Assembly (NCBI GenBank): GCA_951406725.2
Contig: OX597817.1
Location: 67,642,001 to 67,706,000 of the forward strand
Reading direction: 5' to 3'
Source: Octopus vulgaris
Taxonomy: Eukaryota
Length of the DNA stretch: 64,000 nucleotides
A program made the translations under genes and the position numbers. Shown one piece after another: positions 1 through 12,402 of this stretch (position 1 is the stretch's first letter; the number at the start of each line of letters is the position of its first letter). A model generated the notes under the pieces. The model did not search any database, was not told the origin of the DNA, and saw only the letters and a program-made list of their open reading frames with translations.

Positions 1-1379
1 TGGAAATGCAGGTACAAAATGATAGCTGTAGAATCTCTCTCACTCAAAGCTGTTTGCCATAGACTTTCTTTATCTCTCTCTCTCTCTCTCCCATTCTTCT
101 TATGTGTGATCTAAACTGAATTGATATCGGTTAACATAATGAAAGCATCTGTGTATTAAAAGCTAAGACCTGCTGCAGCATAACTTACCCTGTCAATATC
201 GTGCTGTTTATCATTACCAGATGTGTTTTTGTTTTTGTGTGTTCTTTTCACTGTTGATTACTTTTTCACCTTCACAGTTATTATTTACCTTTGCTAGGCA
301 TTGTAGCTTGCCATATGACACATCTTCACACACATCTTCACACACAACTTCCATTCTATGACTTCATACTGATGAGAAAAGCTTAAAAGCATTAGTTTAT
401 TCTTTCTATTTATAAGAAGTCTGGAATAGTTTACATTCTCCTCCTTACTTCCTTATGAAGTTATTATTATAATCATCATCCTCATCGTTATTATTATCAT
501 CATCATCATCATCATTGTTGTTGTTTGTTTTCCTTTTATCAAAAGAAACTAATTCATTTTTCTTAATAATTATTCTTCAGTTAAAAATAAACAAAAAAAG
601 AATGTTTCATTATTTGATAATCTTCATCAGTTCTAGTGAAAATAATTTTTGTAAAGATATCAATTTGCTTCACTCAAGTCTGATATCATGATAAGTAATG
701 AAAAGAAAAAATAGAGAGTATTAATTATGACAGTGAACCTGTTGTGTATAATAACATCTAACAGTCACAAATTAAAAGTGCAATTGACTTAACAGTACAC
801 TGTTGGAGCAAAATCCTGGAGGTGTAGTGAAAATTCTTCCCAGCCCTTTTTTTTCTCACAAGCTTTTGTCTAATTGACCTATTAAAAGAATTATACATAT
901 ATTTATATATTTGTAACAGGTATTTCATTTATTAGGTCTAATATCAATTAGAATGTTCATATATGTGTGTGTGTGTAATCTACACACACATACACACATG
1001 AACAGATATACACTTATTCGTATTGTGTTAAATTGGCACTGTTGATTAGAATTCATTGCCACATTTGTTCTGGTTTCCTGCATTTTTTAGTTCAGATCTC
1101 ACCCAGATCATTTTACTTTCCATCGTTTTGGGGTTGCCAAGAGGGTTGGAAAGATGCCTTGCAGTATCTGTTTCAGTCCTGTTTCCTGAGTGCAAATCTT
1201 GTCTTCTGTTACCGAATGCTGTAGAACGGCCCTTTAATATGCAGTAAAAACAGTGATAAGCTGGGGTTAGCAACCAAGTATTTCATCCATTCACTCTCAC
1301 TACCAGCTAGCAGGAGAAAACAAGCAGAGACTTTCAAGTCTTGTGCATTAAATGAATGAATGCAACAACTTCACTACTT

Positions 1380-1640
1380 TTGGTGCTGTGATAGAGTGCG
1401 CCCAGTACACTCTGTAAAGAGACAGTCTTGTTTAAGTTAAGACATTGCAAATGTATCTAGCACAATCTGTAAAATTGGTTGGTGTTAGGAAGGACATACA
1501 GCTGTGCAAACCATGCCTATATAGAACGTACAAGCAAAATGTAGTTTACTGATCACATCAAAGAGGAAGGTAACTCCAAATAAACTTTGAGCATATCCAG
1601 TCCGAGCCACCTTGGAAAGCAAACATAAAATGATGATGAT
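1380..1640 (+). mobile_element. Degenerate SINE family C copy (ends ...ggaaagc...aaatgatgatgat)
   Basis: Contains ggttggtgttaggaaggacatacagctgt and a (GAT)n tail, matching the better copies at 33560-33788 and 59180-59355. Confidence 0.6.
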
Positions 1641-2659
1641 TTCTTTTGATTTTATGGTTATTGTTGACTCTACGTGGAAATATCTACGGTTGTGTATCCT
1701 GGATTTTCAAGCTGCATTGATGAATTAAAATCTTGATGCATTGTAATTTAATAACTGTGTGAACTGGTAGCCAGTTTCCTGTAGGAATGCTTACTATGAG
1801 TTCTGCTTCATTCTCTGAATCCAGTTTTCAACTTCATTGTGTGTGTGTATATGTATGTATATGTATGTATATATATATATATATATAGATATATAGATAG
1901 ATAGATAGATAGACGCATAGATAGATATACATATACACACCACACACACACGTGCAGTGTGTGTATACATTGTATAAAGTGTGTGGTGTTAAATACTGTT
2001 TTTGTTTTTCTTGTGTGACATCAGAAGGTTCTTGTGTGACATCTTGTAGAGCATAGAATATGTTTCTATGTCTGTTGTTAGTTCTGTACCATAATTCACA
2101 TTGATGTCTGGGAATTTGTGTTAAATTTTATATATTGGCGCGTATTAAAACAGCATAATAAGACCCAAAAGAAAATTGGAGAAAAGTCTACATTTCAGAA
2201 GGAAATGCCTTGTGTTTATTTTAAGAAAAATCAAGTATCTACAAATTTTAATATTTACAGTTAAAATTACTAGCTGTTTAAAAAGATAGCTTTTATAATT
2301 ATACAGATTTATTATTTGGAAATAATCTTTTAAAATAAAGAATACCTTGGCTTTAATGATCCATTGAGTTGGTTTTGAACGTCCAATTGCAAATTGAAAG
2401 ATTGTTTTGAGAGGCTTAGTCACAAGGAAATAATGTTATAAATGATGGTTACATTCCTGTTGTTGAGATTTGACATAAGAACTGTTTATATAAAGTGTTA
2501 AAGAACACAATTTAGATATAACCAATTATTTAATTCAATAAATCATTTGCAAATAATTAACAAATGTCTGTAATTTTTTTATTCTCCGCTTGCTGTTTCT
2601 TTGCTGCACATTTCAAGATCATCATGCAATGCAGCTTTGCTACTCATATTTGGTTCTCA

Positions 2660-3060
2660 TGAAAGAAGCTTACTTTGCCACCATGTGGTTTGGGGTTCAG
2701 TCTCACTACACGGCACCTTGTGTCTTCTACTATAGCCCTGATTCAAACAAAGCTTTGTGAGTGAATTTGGCAAATGAAGACTGAAAGAAGCTTGTCATGT
2801 GCATATGTATGTGTGTGTATGTGTGTGTGTGTGTCTCTCTTAACATCACATGATGGTCTAAACAAGTGTCACTGTCATACAATCAATGCCATTTGTTTTC
2901 AAGTATTGTGTACGGAAAAACACGGCCATGAGAAAATATTACCTTGCTCCGAAACAGGTGGACAACAGGAAGGATATTCATGTGTAGGAATGCTGCCTCA
3001 GTGAATTCTATCTGAACCTTGTTAGCATGGAAAAGTTGGCTTTAAAATAATGATGATGGC
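2660..3060 (+). mobile_element. Composite SINE: family A head joined to family C-type tail
   Basis: The 5' part matches 50841-51000 (ggttcagtctcactacacggcaccttg...gactgaaagaagc). After a (TG)n linker it ends in agcatggaaaagttggc...atgatgatg. Confidence 0.7.
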
Positions 3061-4164
3061 AACAGCAACAGTAAAGTTTATTATTATTATTATTATTATT
3101 ATAAATGCATCTTCTTTCTTTTATAAATTTTACAACAGCAGATGTGTGCAAAGTTTCGACCTGCAGTAACTTTTATGCTTTGTTCATAATAGGAACCTTG
3201 AAACTTGCAGAAAATCCCAGTTGCATTTTGAATATAAATAACAACTTCATCAATTCTTTTAATAGTGAAGGAATAAGCAGGAGATTCTGTTGTCAGATAT
3301 CAGTCTCCAGCTTTTTCATAATACGAAAGTTTTAAAATGACTGAGTAGTGGATAGAATGTGTAAGCAGTATGTGCACAACAATATCAACATGCAAACTAA
3401 ACTGGAACGACTAAAAAAACAAGCAAGCATGCAAACATGTCAATTAAATTTTTCAGCAATTATTTCTGTATTTACTGTCTATTTTATGCCATTAACTAAT
3501 TGTTTTTTTCTAAATATCATTAAAACTGGGTATCATGGAGTGAGGAATTGCTCAGTCTATTTTGACATTTGTTTGTTCATAGACACAAGGGAAGAACTGT
3601 GATTTGGAACTAAATTAAATAGCACAATATAAACATTAAATCTATTTTCTTTTTTTTTTTTTTTTCAACAATAAGTTAATCATTTGGCTATGGGGATGTA
3701 GAAAAAGGAATAAAACACAGATGAAACAGTCCAAGAGGAGTGGGGAGAAAAATTCAAAATTTTATTTTGGTATTTTAATTAAATAATTTGATATTGAAAT
3801 TGACTGTAAAGAACTTTGAAATAATTGAGTATCACTAACTAATAGGAAGTGTATTCTGATAAAATGTAAAATTATGTCTAGTCGGTAGTCCATGTACAAT
3901 AATGCAAACAATACTGAAGAAATGAATGGAAACGGCAAATCTTCATAGAATGTTTTAATTCAACAAACCTGAAGAATTATTCAAAGCAGGCAACTATTCA
4001 AAATTAATTTTGCCATGTCATAACAATTCATATTTGAAACTCATACTATTAATAAAAATGCTTTTCTTAGTTACCATCTTTCTTCACAGTAACATAAATT
4101 AAGATATTACTCTAAATATTTCATCATTTGACCCTAAAACTATAATGCTATGTGGTTATTATTG

Positions 4165-4360
4165 TTGTTTAACTCCAGGTCAGCTCTGATTGAAATGATC
4201 AAAGGTATTCCAGTCATGACCATCTCATCTTTTTCTCAGTGTGCAGGGAACCTAGGATCACATCATCCAATGTGTCCTTTTTTTAAGATGGTGGATTTGA
4301 TTTAAGGAAGATTTGACTGTTGTTTCTAGCAGTTTGGCTGACCATAAATAAATCATTTCA
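4165..4360 (+). repeat. Interspersed repeat family D (probable SINE)
   Basis: Motif atgatcaaaggtattccag...atccaatgtgtcctttt...gatttgactgttgtttctagc recurs at about 18750-18890, 47500-47690, 60140-60330 and 60895-61160 (+), and at about 23855-24050, 29600-29790 and 41165-41370 (-). Confidence 0.65.
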
Positions 4361-4710
4361 TTGCTTTGACACAAGTAGAATACAACATGTAACATAGGCA
4401 GGAAACATTTAGTGGTTAAAGCATTCATTCATATCGTGGGCCACTTTAGTGTAGCAATGATAACATTGGTTAAATTATAAAAATGGTTTTTTGTACCCCT
4501 TATTTTGATATTCTAACGTTCTGATAGAAACACTAAAAAGGGAATATTCCAGAGAGCACTGGAAGGTCTCCTGTGCAGTGCACAGCTTTTACAGACCATA
4601 TGTCTAGCTATTAACTGTTATGATTGACATCACCCTCCTTATGTTAGGTATCAACAGTTGTCATAGCCAACAACTTCATCAGATACCACATGTTTTGTTC
4701 CTGTTTGAAA

Positions 4711-4877
4711 ATACCGAGAAAGCCTACAGGTATATCATTAGGTGGTAGCGAAATGGCAAAAAGGAAGTATATATGTTTAATGTTCCTGCAAGCAGAAAGT
4801 TATTTGAAGAATTTGACAGTGGCGTAAATGTGAAGTGCTTGGCTGAGAAGTTTGGCATTAGATCAGGCACTATCTAT
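4711..4877 (+). pseudogene. pogo/Tigger-family transposase N-terminal (CENP-B/psq-type HTH) fragment, frameshifted and truncated
   Basis: Translates IPRKPTGISLGGSEMAKRKYICL, then after a frameshift KLFEEFDSGVNVKCLAEKFGIRSGTIY. This fits the Tigger/Jerky-type pattern KRKxxxL...KLxxxxDSGVxVKxLxExxGxxxxTIY. Confidence 0.75.
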
Positions 4878-5282
4878 ATTTTTATCTTTATATATTATTA
4901 CCTTCAGTATCATCATCTAACATCCATGCTCCATGCTATCACGGGTTGGACTGTTTGATACATCCAGGATCTGATACATTGCATTGTGCTCGAGTGTCTC
5001 TTTTGTCTTGGTTTCCATTACTGGATACCATCCTTAAGAAACAGAAGAATAAGCTGTTTAAGTTCTGTATTGTTTAACTCCTTTGATATTTGCCCACTTG
5101 ATACTGCCCCTGGTTCCATGATTCAAGCTTTTTGTTTTAGAATAGTCTAAATTAAAATTTCCATTCAAAATTCAAATTTACAGCTACTCTAACTACTGTA
5201 CAAAACATTATTTTTAGCCTGAATTACACTTCTGCATAAAATTCCATCTAAATGTAATATGCCTAGCATTATTATCTACATA

Positions 5283-5600
5283 TAGGTGCAGGGGTGGTTG
5301 TGTGGTAAGTAACTTGCTTACCAATCACATGGTTCCAGGTTCAGTTCCACTGCATGGCACCTTGGATGAGTGTCTTCTATTATAGCCTTGGGCCAACCAA
5401 AGCATTTTGGGTGGATTTGGTGGATGGAAACTGAAAGAAGCCCATTATATATATATATATTTATGTGTCTTTGTTTTTCCCTGCCACCCATTATCGCTTG
5501 ACAACTAATGTTGGTGTGTTTACGTCCCCTGTAACTTAGCAGTTTGTTCGACTAAAGGTGGTGCTCCAGCATGGCTGTAGTCAAATGACAAACAAATAAA
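5283..5600 (+). mobile_element. SINE family A (tRNA-like head)
   Basis: Aligns by eye over its full length to 50841-51220; B-box-like ggttcagttcc is present. Confidence 0.85.
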
Positions 5601-5609
5601 AGAAATTAT

Positions 5610-5832
5610 GTAAGGTGGCAAGCTGGCAGAATTGTTTGCACGCTGGGAAAAATGCTTGGTGGTATTTTGTCTGTCTTTACGTTCTGAGTCAAAATACTGC
5701 CGACATTGACTTGGCCTTTCATCCTTTGGGGGTTGATAAAATAAGTACCAGCTGAACATTGGGGTCAATGTAATCAACAAGCTCCACTCTACTAAAATTT
5801 CAGGCTATTTGCCTATAAATGAATGGATTATT
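5610..5832 (+). mobile_element. SINE family B (tRNA-like head, central gcctttcatcctttnggggttgataaa...agtaccag block)
   Basis: Near-identical to 34600-34810 and 32895-33140; A-box-like tggcagaat and B-box-like gagt(t)caaat; (ATT)n tail. Confidence 0.85.
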
Positions 5833-6107
5833 ATTTACATTTATACAGTAGTAAAATTTGCAAAATATTTTATAAATTCTCTTCAATAAATGAAATTTAT
5901 AGTGTGTGTGTAAACATTTAATCCATAATTGTTTGTCCAACAAAACATACTTTGTTTTGCCTATGGCACTTTGGAAACTAAGGATTATGAGTTAAATGTT
6001 TATTCACTCTTATCTTTAAGTTCTTTATTCTAAGTGACTGGACACAGCTTCTTTTCAACTTGTCACCTACTTACAAATGTGTAGTGTTCAATTTAATGAT
6101 AAAAATA

Positions 6108-6160
<53 letters not shown>

Positions 6161-6161
6161 C

Positions 6162-6812
6162 ATATATGGATACAGGACATCACTAACTGTGCAAACAGCA
6201 TGAAATACATAAACAATGAGAGAAAAAAATGGAAAAAAGGACAAGTAAACACAGAGAAAGGACCCTGTCAGCTGTCTGTCTACTCCTCATTTTGAGCATT
6301 CAACAACAATATGAGTTTCCAAAGACATTTGCTCCCATAAATTCTAAAATAAAATTTAGGATTTATGGAGGGTTAACGTTGGGAACAAAAACAGGACAGT
6401 GGAGACATATAAGGAAACCTAATGAAGACAACTCTCTTCTGTCTTTTCTCTTTTCAAAGAAAATATTTCTCCCAGCATTCATTATTTTCCTCTCGTTCTG
6501 GTCTAACAACCTTCCTTGTTTATTTTCACTTGGTTTCCTTGTATGTCTCCTTTGTCCTGTTAATGTTCCCAACTTTGACCCTCCATAAATCCTAAGTTTT
6601 ATTTTAGAATTTATGAGATCAACTGTCTTTGAAGACTCATATTGTTGTTGAATGCTCAAAATGAGGAGTAGATAGGCAGCCAACAACTTATGAAGGGTCT
6701 TTTCTCTGTACTTGTTCTGTTTTCCATTTTTCTCTCTCGCTTCCATATTTAACTTGTTTGTATATGTATTTCATGTTGTTTGCACAGTTGGTGACATCCT
6801 GTACCCATATAT
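6162..6812. repeat. Long inverted repeat element (~270-290 bp arms, ~90 bp spacer)
   Basis: 6162-6431 is the diverged reverse complement of 6520-6812 (e.g. ctactcctcattttgagcattcaacaacaatatgagt vs actcatattgttgttgaatgctcaaaatgaggagtag). It is flanked by (TA)n. Confidence 0.9.
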
Positions 6813-7145
6813 ATATGTCTATTTCCCCATGCCTGCATGGATCAGACAAAATTTATTGAGGCAGATTTTCTATGGCTGCATATCCTTTTCTGTCACCAGC
6901 CCTTGCCTGTTTTTTGTGTTTTTTTTTTATTTTCAAGCAAGGTATTATTTCTTTCCACAAGGCTGGAAACATTAGGACACTACTTCCATGACTGATATTC
7001 AATTGCATACACACTCGTGTGTGTGTATCTCTCTCACACACTCTCTCTCTCTCTCTCTCTCTCTCTGTATATGTGTATGTGTCTATATCTATATATATAT
7101 ATAGTTGAATAAGAAATAGAAAGTCCGTGGTGCAGTATTATATAT

Positions 7146-7281
7146 TTGAAAAACTGAATAGAAATGACTTTTCTGATAATTTTCATACTTTAATAATTAG
7201 ATATTTATAAGTTAACTTATAAACATCTAATTATTAAAGGGGAAAAATTATCAGAAAAGTAATTTCTATTCATTTTTTCAA
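7146..7281. repeat. Spacerless AT-rich palindrome centred on GTTAAC (7211-7216)
   Basis: tttaataattagatatttataagtt|aacttataaacatctaattattaaa; the symmetry extends out to ttgaaaaa...ttttttcaa. Confidence 0.9.
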
Positions 7282-7289
7282 GGAAATTT

Positions 7290-7349
<60 letters not shown>

Positions 7350-8431
7350 ATGATGAAGTAAATAGCTGTTAAATAAAATTATGGATGTGAAAAAATAAAA
7401 ATTTCCATTCTCCTTATCATTATTAATACATTATTATATATATTTGTATGTGTTTGTAGTATGTATACGGCAGGTTTCTTTTAGTTTCCATCTACCAAAT
7501 CCACTTGCCCAAGGAGTCATGCAAAAGCTGTATTATAAAATGTAAAAGGATAATGTATTTAGACATGGGTCCCATCCACAAGTTGTCCAACATTCAAATA
7601 TAGTCATTCAGAGATTCTGAAAAAAAATTTGGAAAGTCAAAACACATTTTTTTTTTCTTTTTTCTTTTTTGCCCTTTGCATAGCAGATTATCAACCTTTA
7701 ATCATGAAATATAGTTATAAAAACAAACAAAAACCCATTAAAGCACTTAGCAATGAGTATAGGTTTTAACAACATAATACGAGATTTATTACTAATTAAT
7801 AGTGTAATTAACACATTTGCTCCAATAGGTAGTACTACCTACAATGTTTTAATGGAATCATTGGTAATGTTTATAGTAATAAAGATTTAAGAAAATAGTC
7901 TTTTACAAAATAAAAAGTGAAGAAGCAAGTTAGTTTTGGCATACTTACTAATCCATTAGAATCTATTAGTTTGTTGTGCCAGAGTTAAAGATAATAAGCA
8001 GAAAAACAAATCACTGTTGGTGTGCTAGGATGGTTGTGTAAAGGCCACTGCAAACATGAAAATTTACTTTTAGAATTTTTCTTTTTATTTCATATAAAAT
8101 ATGTAATTTTTTTGGCACTGATGAAGAAAATAAATTAAATAAACAGAAATACTGAAAAATTGGAAAATATTGAAAAATACTGTAACATCGGTGTTCGAGT
8201 TGTAACCATCCTGTCTTTTTGTCTATCAAAGACTGCAGTGTCCAACATGGTGTTTTTTTTGTTTTTTTTTATGTAAGACAGTAGAGTCTGTTGAGTGAAA
8301 TTTAGCTGTTGTTTCCAGAGATTCTGTCTTCAGTTCATCATTAAAGCTGGTTAAAAAGGTGGAGATTTGAAAGGTTCTACCATAAAATACACCCAATGAT
8401 TTAACTTGAACTCAGCACCGCAAGTTAATTT

Positions 8432-8650
8432 TGGTTTCAAATTTTGGCACAAGGCCAGCAGGGTTGGGATGAAGCTAAGTTGATTAAGTCAACCCCAGTG
8501 TTCAACTGGTACTTATTTTAGCAGCACCCAAAAGATGAAAGGCAGAATTTGAACTCAGAATGTAGAGATGGACAAAAATGCCATCAAGCATTTAGCTGGT
8601 GTGCCAGTGTCAGTTTCACCTTTCAAGCCTCTTGGGTTGATAAAATAAAA
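8432..8650 (-). mobile_element. SINE family B copy
   Basis: Reverse complement of family B (ggcacaaggcc...actggtacttattt...gatgaaaggc...atttgaactcagaa). Confidence 0.75.
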
Positions 8651-11600
8651 TATCGGTCTAGTACCTAAATTGTAGCTAAGTGAGCAACTATGTTATTTAT
8701 ATAACATTTGTACATCTTAGTGGTGTACCAATCCATGGCATTTGATTGTTTTCTACCAAATTTGAATGGCACGTTTACGGTCTAGAAGAGTAGCCCTTAC
8801 TGTGTAGAACACTGGTGAGCCTTGAGTTCTTCATCACCATTGTCTTCATTGTTATCATCATCATCATCTTTTAATACCTGTCTTCCATCTTTTGTGTAGG
8901 TTGGATGGTTTGACAGGATCCAGTGGATCAGAGGACTGCATCATGATCCAATGTCTGCTTTAGCATAGTTTCTACAACATGGATGCCTTTTCTAATGCTA
9001 ACTACTTTACACCATATACTGGATGTTTTTGTTTTTCGTTTTCATAGCATCATCACTAGTGAGGTCACCTTGTAGCTTGCAAGACTAAAATCCCACTTCA
9101 ACTGAGTTGAGCTTCAGGAGAATGTGAGAGAGGCCACTTTATACCATTTGGTGAAAGGTTGTAGTATGACAGAAGTGATTGAAACGGGTTTCTTTTTAAA
9201 GAAGAGATACATGGCTGCTCACACTATGCAAGAATGGGTGGCAGTAATTAGTGCAAACCAGGAATACCACAAAAATAAAGTTTAAAAAATGTGAAAAATC
9301 AGATATAAATTGTTTGGTTCATAGTTGAATGTTCAAATGCTTGCATGCTGAAATGAATTTAAAACAAAAGAAATACCCATGCACACAGATACACAAACAT
9401 ACTAAGCAATATGTATACCTTTTTTTATTGTTCCTTACAAAGCTTTTCTCTGTAAGTAGCTGTACTTCATTTACCTTATAAGAAAATAAGCATTTCTGTA
9501 GTTTAAATTATTTATCGGTTGAAATATATAAATACATTTTTTAATGCATATTAAACTTTATTATGCACAAAGTGCTCCAAAGTATTTTATTTCCTCTAAA
9601 GTGCAATGGAAGTAAAAGATATTTAGTAACCCATATTATAAAGTAAGGAAGAAATCCAGGGAGCTGTTTGTTGTCTCTCCCTTGGCAACAAAGAGTATTT
9701 CTTTCTGTGAAAAAGCAGGTAACTGCATCCTGTTATCAGAGAGTGATAAGGATGGTGTATTGCATATTCAATGAGAATCTGTACAATAAAAGGCTAAGTC
9801 ACATGTCACCATTTTTTCCTTTGTTGGTTTCTCTCTGTCGCCAAAGAAATGTTGGAGAAGAAAGAATCAGTTGTGCTGAAAGAGGTGGAAAAGAGAGAAA
9901 GCATTTTAAGGAGAGGGATATTAGATAAATAGACATATGAGAGATTGACAAGCAAGAGAGAGAGAGTGACTGGGGTGGGTAATAGACAGCAGTATTTGAG
10001 TATTGAAATAGTCAGGTGAGTGAGATGTAGAGAAGGATGAGAGAAAGAATGAGAGACAGAAAGAGATAGCATTCTTAAGTAATAATGTGAGAGGATAAGC
10101 AGGAAAGGGTAGACAGAACTCTATAGTGAAAAGTGAAATTAGAGAGGTAGTATGATAAAATAATGAGGGATAGAAAGTTTTGTGTATGGTATTGAAATAT
10201 AAGAAGACATTTGGAAATAAATTGAAGATATGAAGTAAAATTTGATTGAGAGAAATAAAGAAAGAAATATATATGACAGGGGTTGGGGAGAAGTAACTAT
10301 GTATCTGAATGAGGAAATGAGAGTGTAAGAGTATAGAAGTGAACAACCTTAGTCATTTTTGGCAGGTACATTGCTAGCTTTAAAAAAAAAAAAAGAGGGG
10401 AACGTCTAATAGAATTGAAAATGTAATTGGATATCAGAAAGCTATTTTTGATGCTTCAGTTAAATTCTAACTCTTTTAGACTAAAAAAGGTTGGCATCAG
10501 GATGGGCATCTGGTCTTAAAACACTGTCTCATAAAATGCTGTTCAGCCCATGCCAGCATGGAAAGGCAAACTTAAAAATGATTATGATGGTATGAGAAAT
10601 ATATGCTTCCAGTTTTCTATTTCTTTTCTCTTAAGGCCTGGTGTAACTGCTTTATTCCAACTTTTCTTTGACCTATTCCCACTACTATTTGTTGGTAACT
10701 TGTTACACTTGTTATCGATGTTTTAGCTACTTCATTTGCAAAATGACTAATTACTGTGTATAAATTACATTTTTATAGTTTAGTATGTATCATTTTTTTT
10801 TTTTCTCAATGTCTTGTGGAAGGGATTGAGCTTGTGGGCTTCTGCAACCCTGGTGAGGTCTAGATACAATATCATCTACATTTTGTAAGGAAGGAATGAT
10901 GGAAAAGATATATATGTATATGAATATGTTATACATCTGTTCTAGAATGTTGGTGTAGGTAGAATGATTTTGCCCATTCAGAAAACTCAGTATTGTTGGA
11001 ACAGTTGCTTGTAAGCAAGACTGGAACAAGGAGAGATATGTTTCTTGCTTAACGGGTATGAAGACAATAGTTCAATAGAAAAGAAGAAAAGTATTAAAAT
11101 GTGTTAGTGCTGTCTCAAGGAGGGAAGCATTTCAGTAGTTTTATGGACATCTGTTGGCTTTGATGTATGTGGGTCCAGCAGCCTATATTATTAATTGTGA
11201 AGGACCAGCTACACTTTTTGGAAATACTGAGAGCATAAATTTGATGCACATGTTTGTTCCACACTCAATGAAAGTCTTTGACTATATATATGTGTGTGTG
11301 TGTGAAAATAGAAGAAGTGTTGTTGCTCTGTGATAAATTATTGTCAATGTGAAAAGAGAGACTAAGTCCTTTTAGAAAGCATATGAGATCAGAGCTTCAG
11401 AATTTAGTTTCCTTTGAAATGACATTGGGATTGGCTACTCTGCAGCTGCATCTAAACACTAATAATACTGGTGGGAATGGGGTGACTCCAACAATGACAA
11501 CAAATATGTGGAAATCATAAGTTTCACTGGGTTTCTTTAGTTAACCAGAAAAGGTTTATTTAGCTTGTTGAGTTGTTCTCAATCATTGATGTTTGATATA

Positions 11601-11719
11601 AGAAAACTTGACCTGATGTGAATTAAACAGTTCAGGAAACTAAAGATGTAATGTATATTAATCTATAAGTTGAATTCCAGCATTTTCAGACACTCGTAAT
11701 ACAAAGTTTGCATTGGCCC

Positions 11720-11885
11720 AGCATTTCATCTGCCTTTATGTTCTGAGTTCAAATTCCGCTGAGGTAAACTTTGCCTTTCATTCTTTCAAGGTTGATAAAT
11801 TAAGTACCAGTTGTGCACTAGAGTCGATATAATTGACTGCCCCCCCTCCCCAAAAATTTTGGGCCTCGTGCCTAGCGTAGAAAAA
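11720..11885 (+). mobile_element. SINE family B copy, 5'-truncated
   Basis: gttctgagttcaaattccgctgaggtaaactttgcctttcattctttcaaggttgataaattaagtaccag...gggcctcgtgcctag. Confidence 0.85.
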
Positions 11886-12009
11886 AATAAGTTTGCATTG
11901 GAGAATTGTGTGCATTGCAGTGCACTTTATATGTACAAGCTAAAAGAATATTGTTAAGCGTTAGGCCTTTAGTCTCCTAGGTAAGACGTAAATTGTTAGT
12001 TATTATCTT

Positions 12010-12402
12010 CTATCTTTTACTTGTTTCAGTCATTTCACTGCAGCCATGCTGGGGCACCACCTTGAAGGGTTTAAGTCAAGTAAATTGACCCTAGGACTTA
12101 TTTCTTTAAGCTTAGTACTTATTTTACCAGTCCCTTTTGCTGAACTGCTAAGTTTCAGGGATGTAAACACACCAATACTTATTATCAAGTGGTGGTGGTG
12201 GTAGTGGGGGGGGGGGGACAGACATACACACATACATGCGCATATGCATACATATACACAACAGGTTTCTTTCAGTTTCTGTCCAAATCCATTCACTAAG
12301 GCTTTGGTTGGTCCAAGGTTATAACAGAAAACACTTATCCAAGGTGCCATGCTGTGGGACCGAACCCTGAACCATGTGGTCGGGAAGCAAGCTTCTTACT
12401 AC
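12010..12402 (-). mobile_element. SINE family A copy
   Basis: Reverse complement of 50841-51220 (aaggtgccatgctgtgggaccgaaccctgaaccatgtggtcgggaagcaagcttcttac). Confidence 0.85.

Noticed and set aside
6229-6746. Two overlapping opposite-strand ORFs (119 and 127 aa) with similar peptides
   Set aside because: Their similarity is a by-product of the inverted repeat; there is no protein-family signature or splice context.
9921-10346. 141-aa ORF on the - strand
   Set aside because: It lies in a purine-rich, low-complexity tract that avoids stop codons by composition; no motif.
10790-11190. Possible CR1/Jockey RT remnant on - (AAGP...HQGCR)
   Set aside because: Only scattered short resemblances across several stops; a profile search would be needed.
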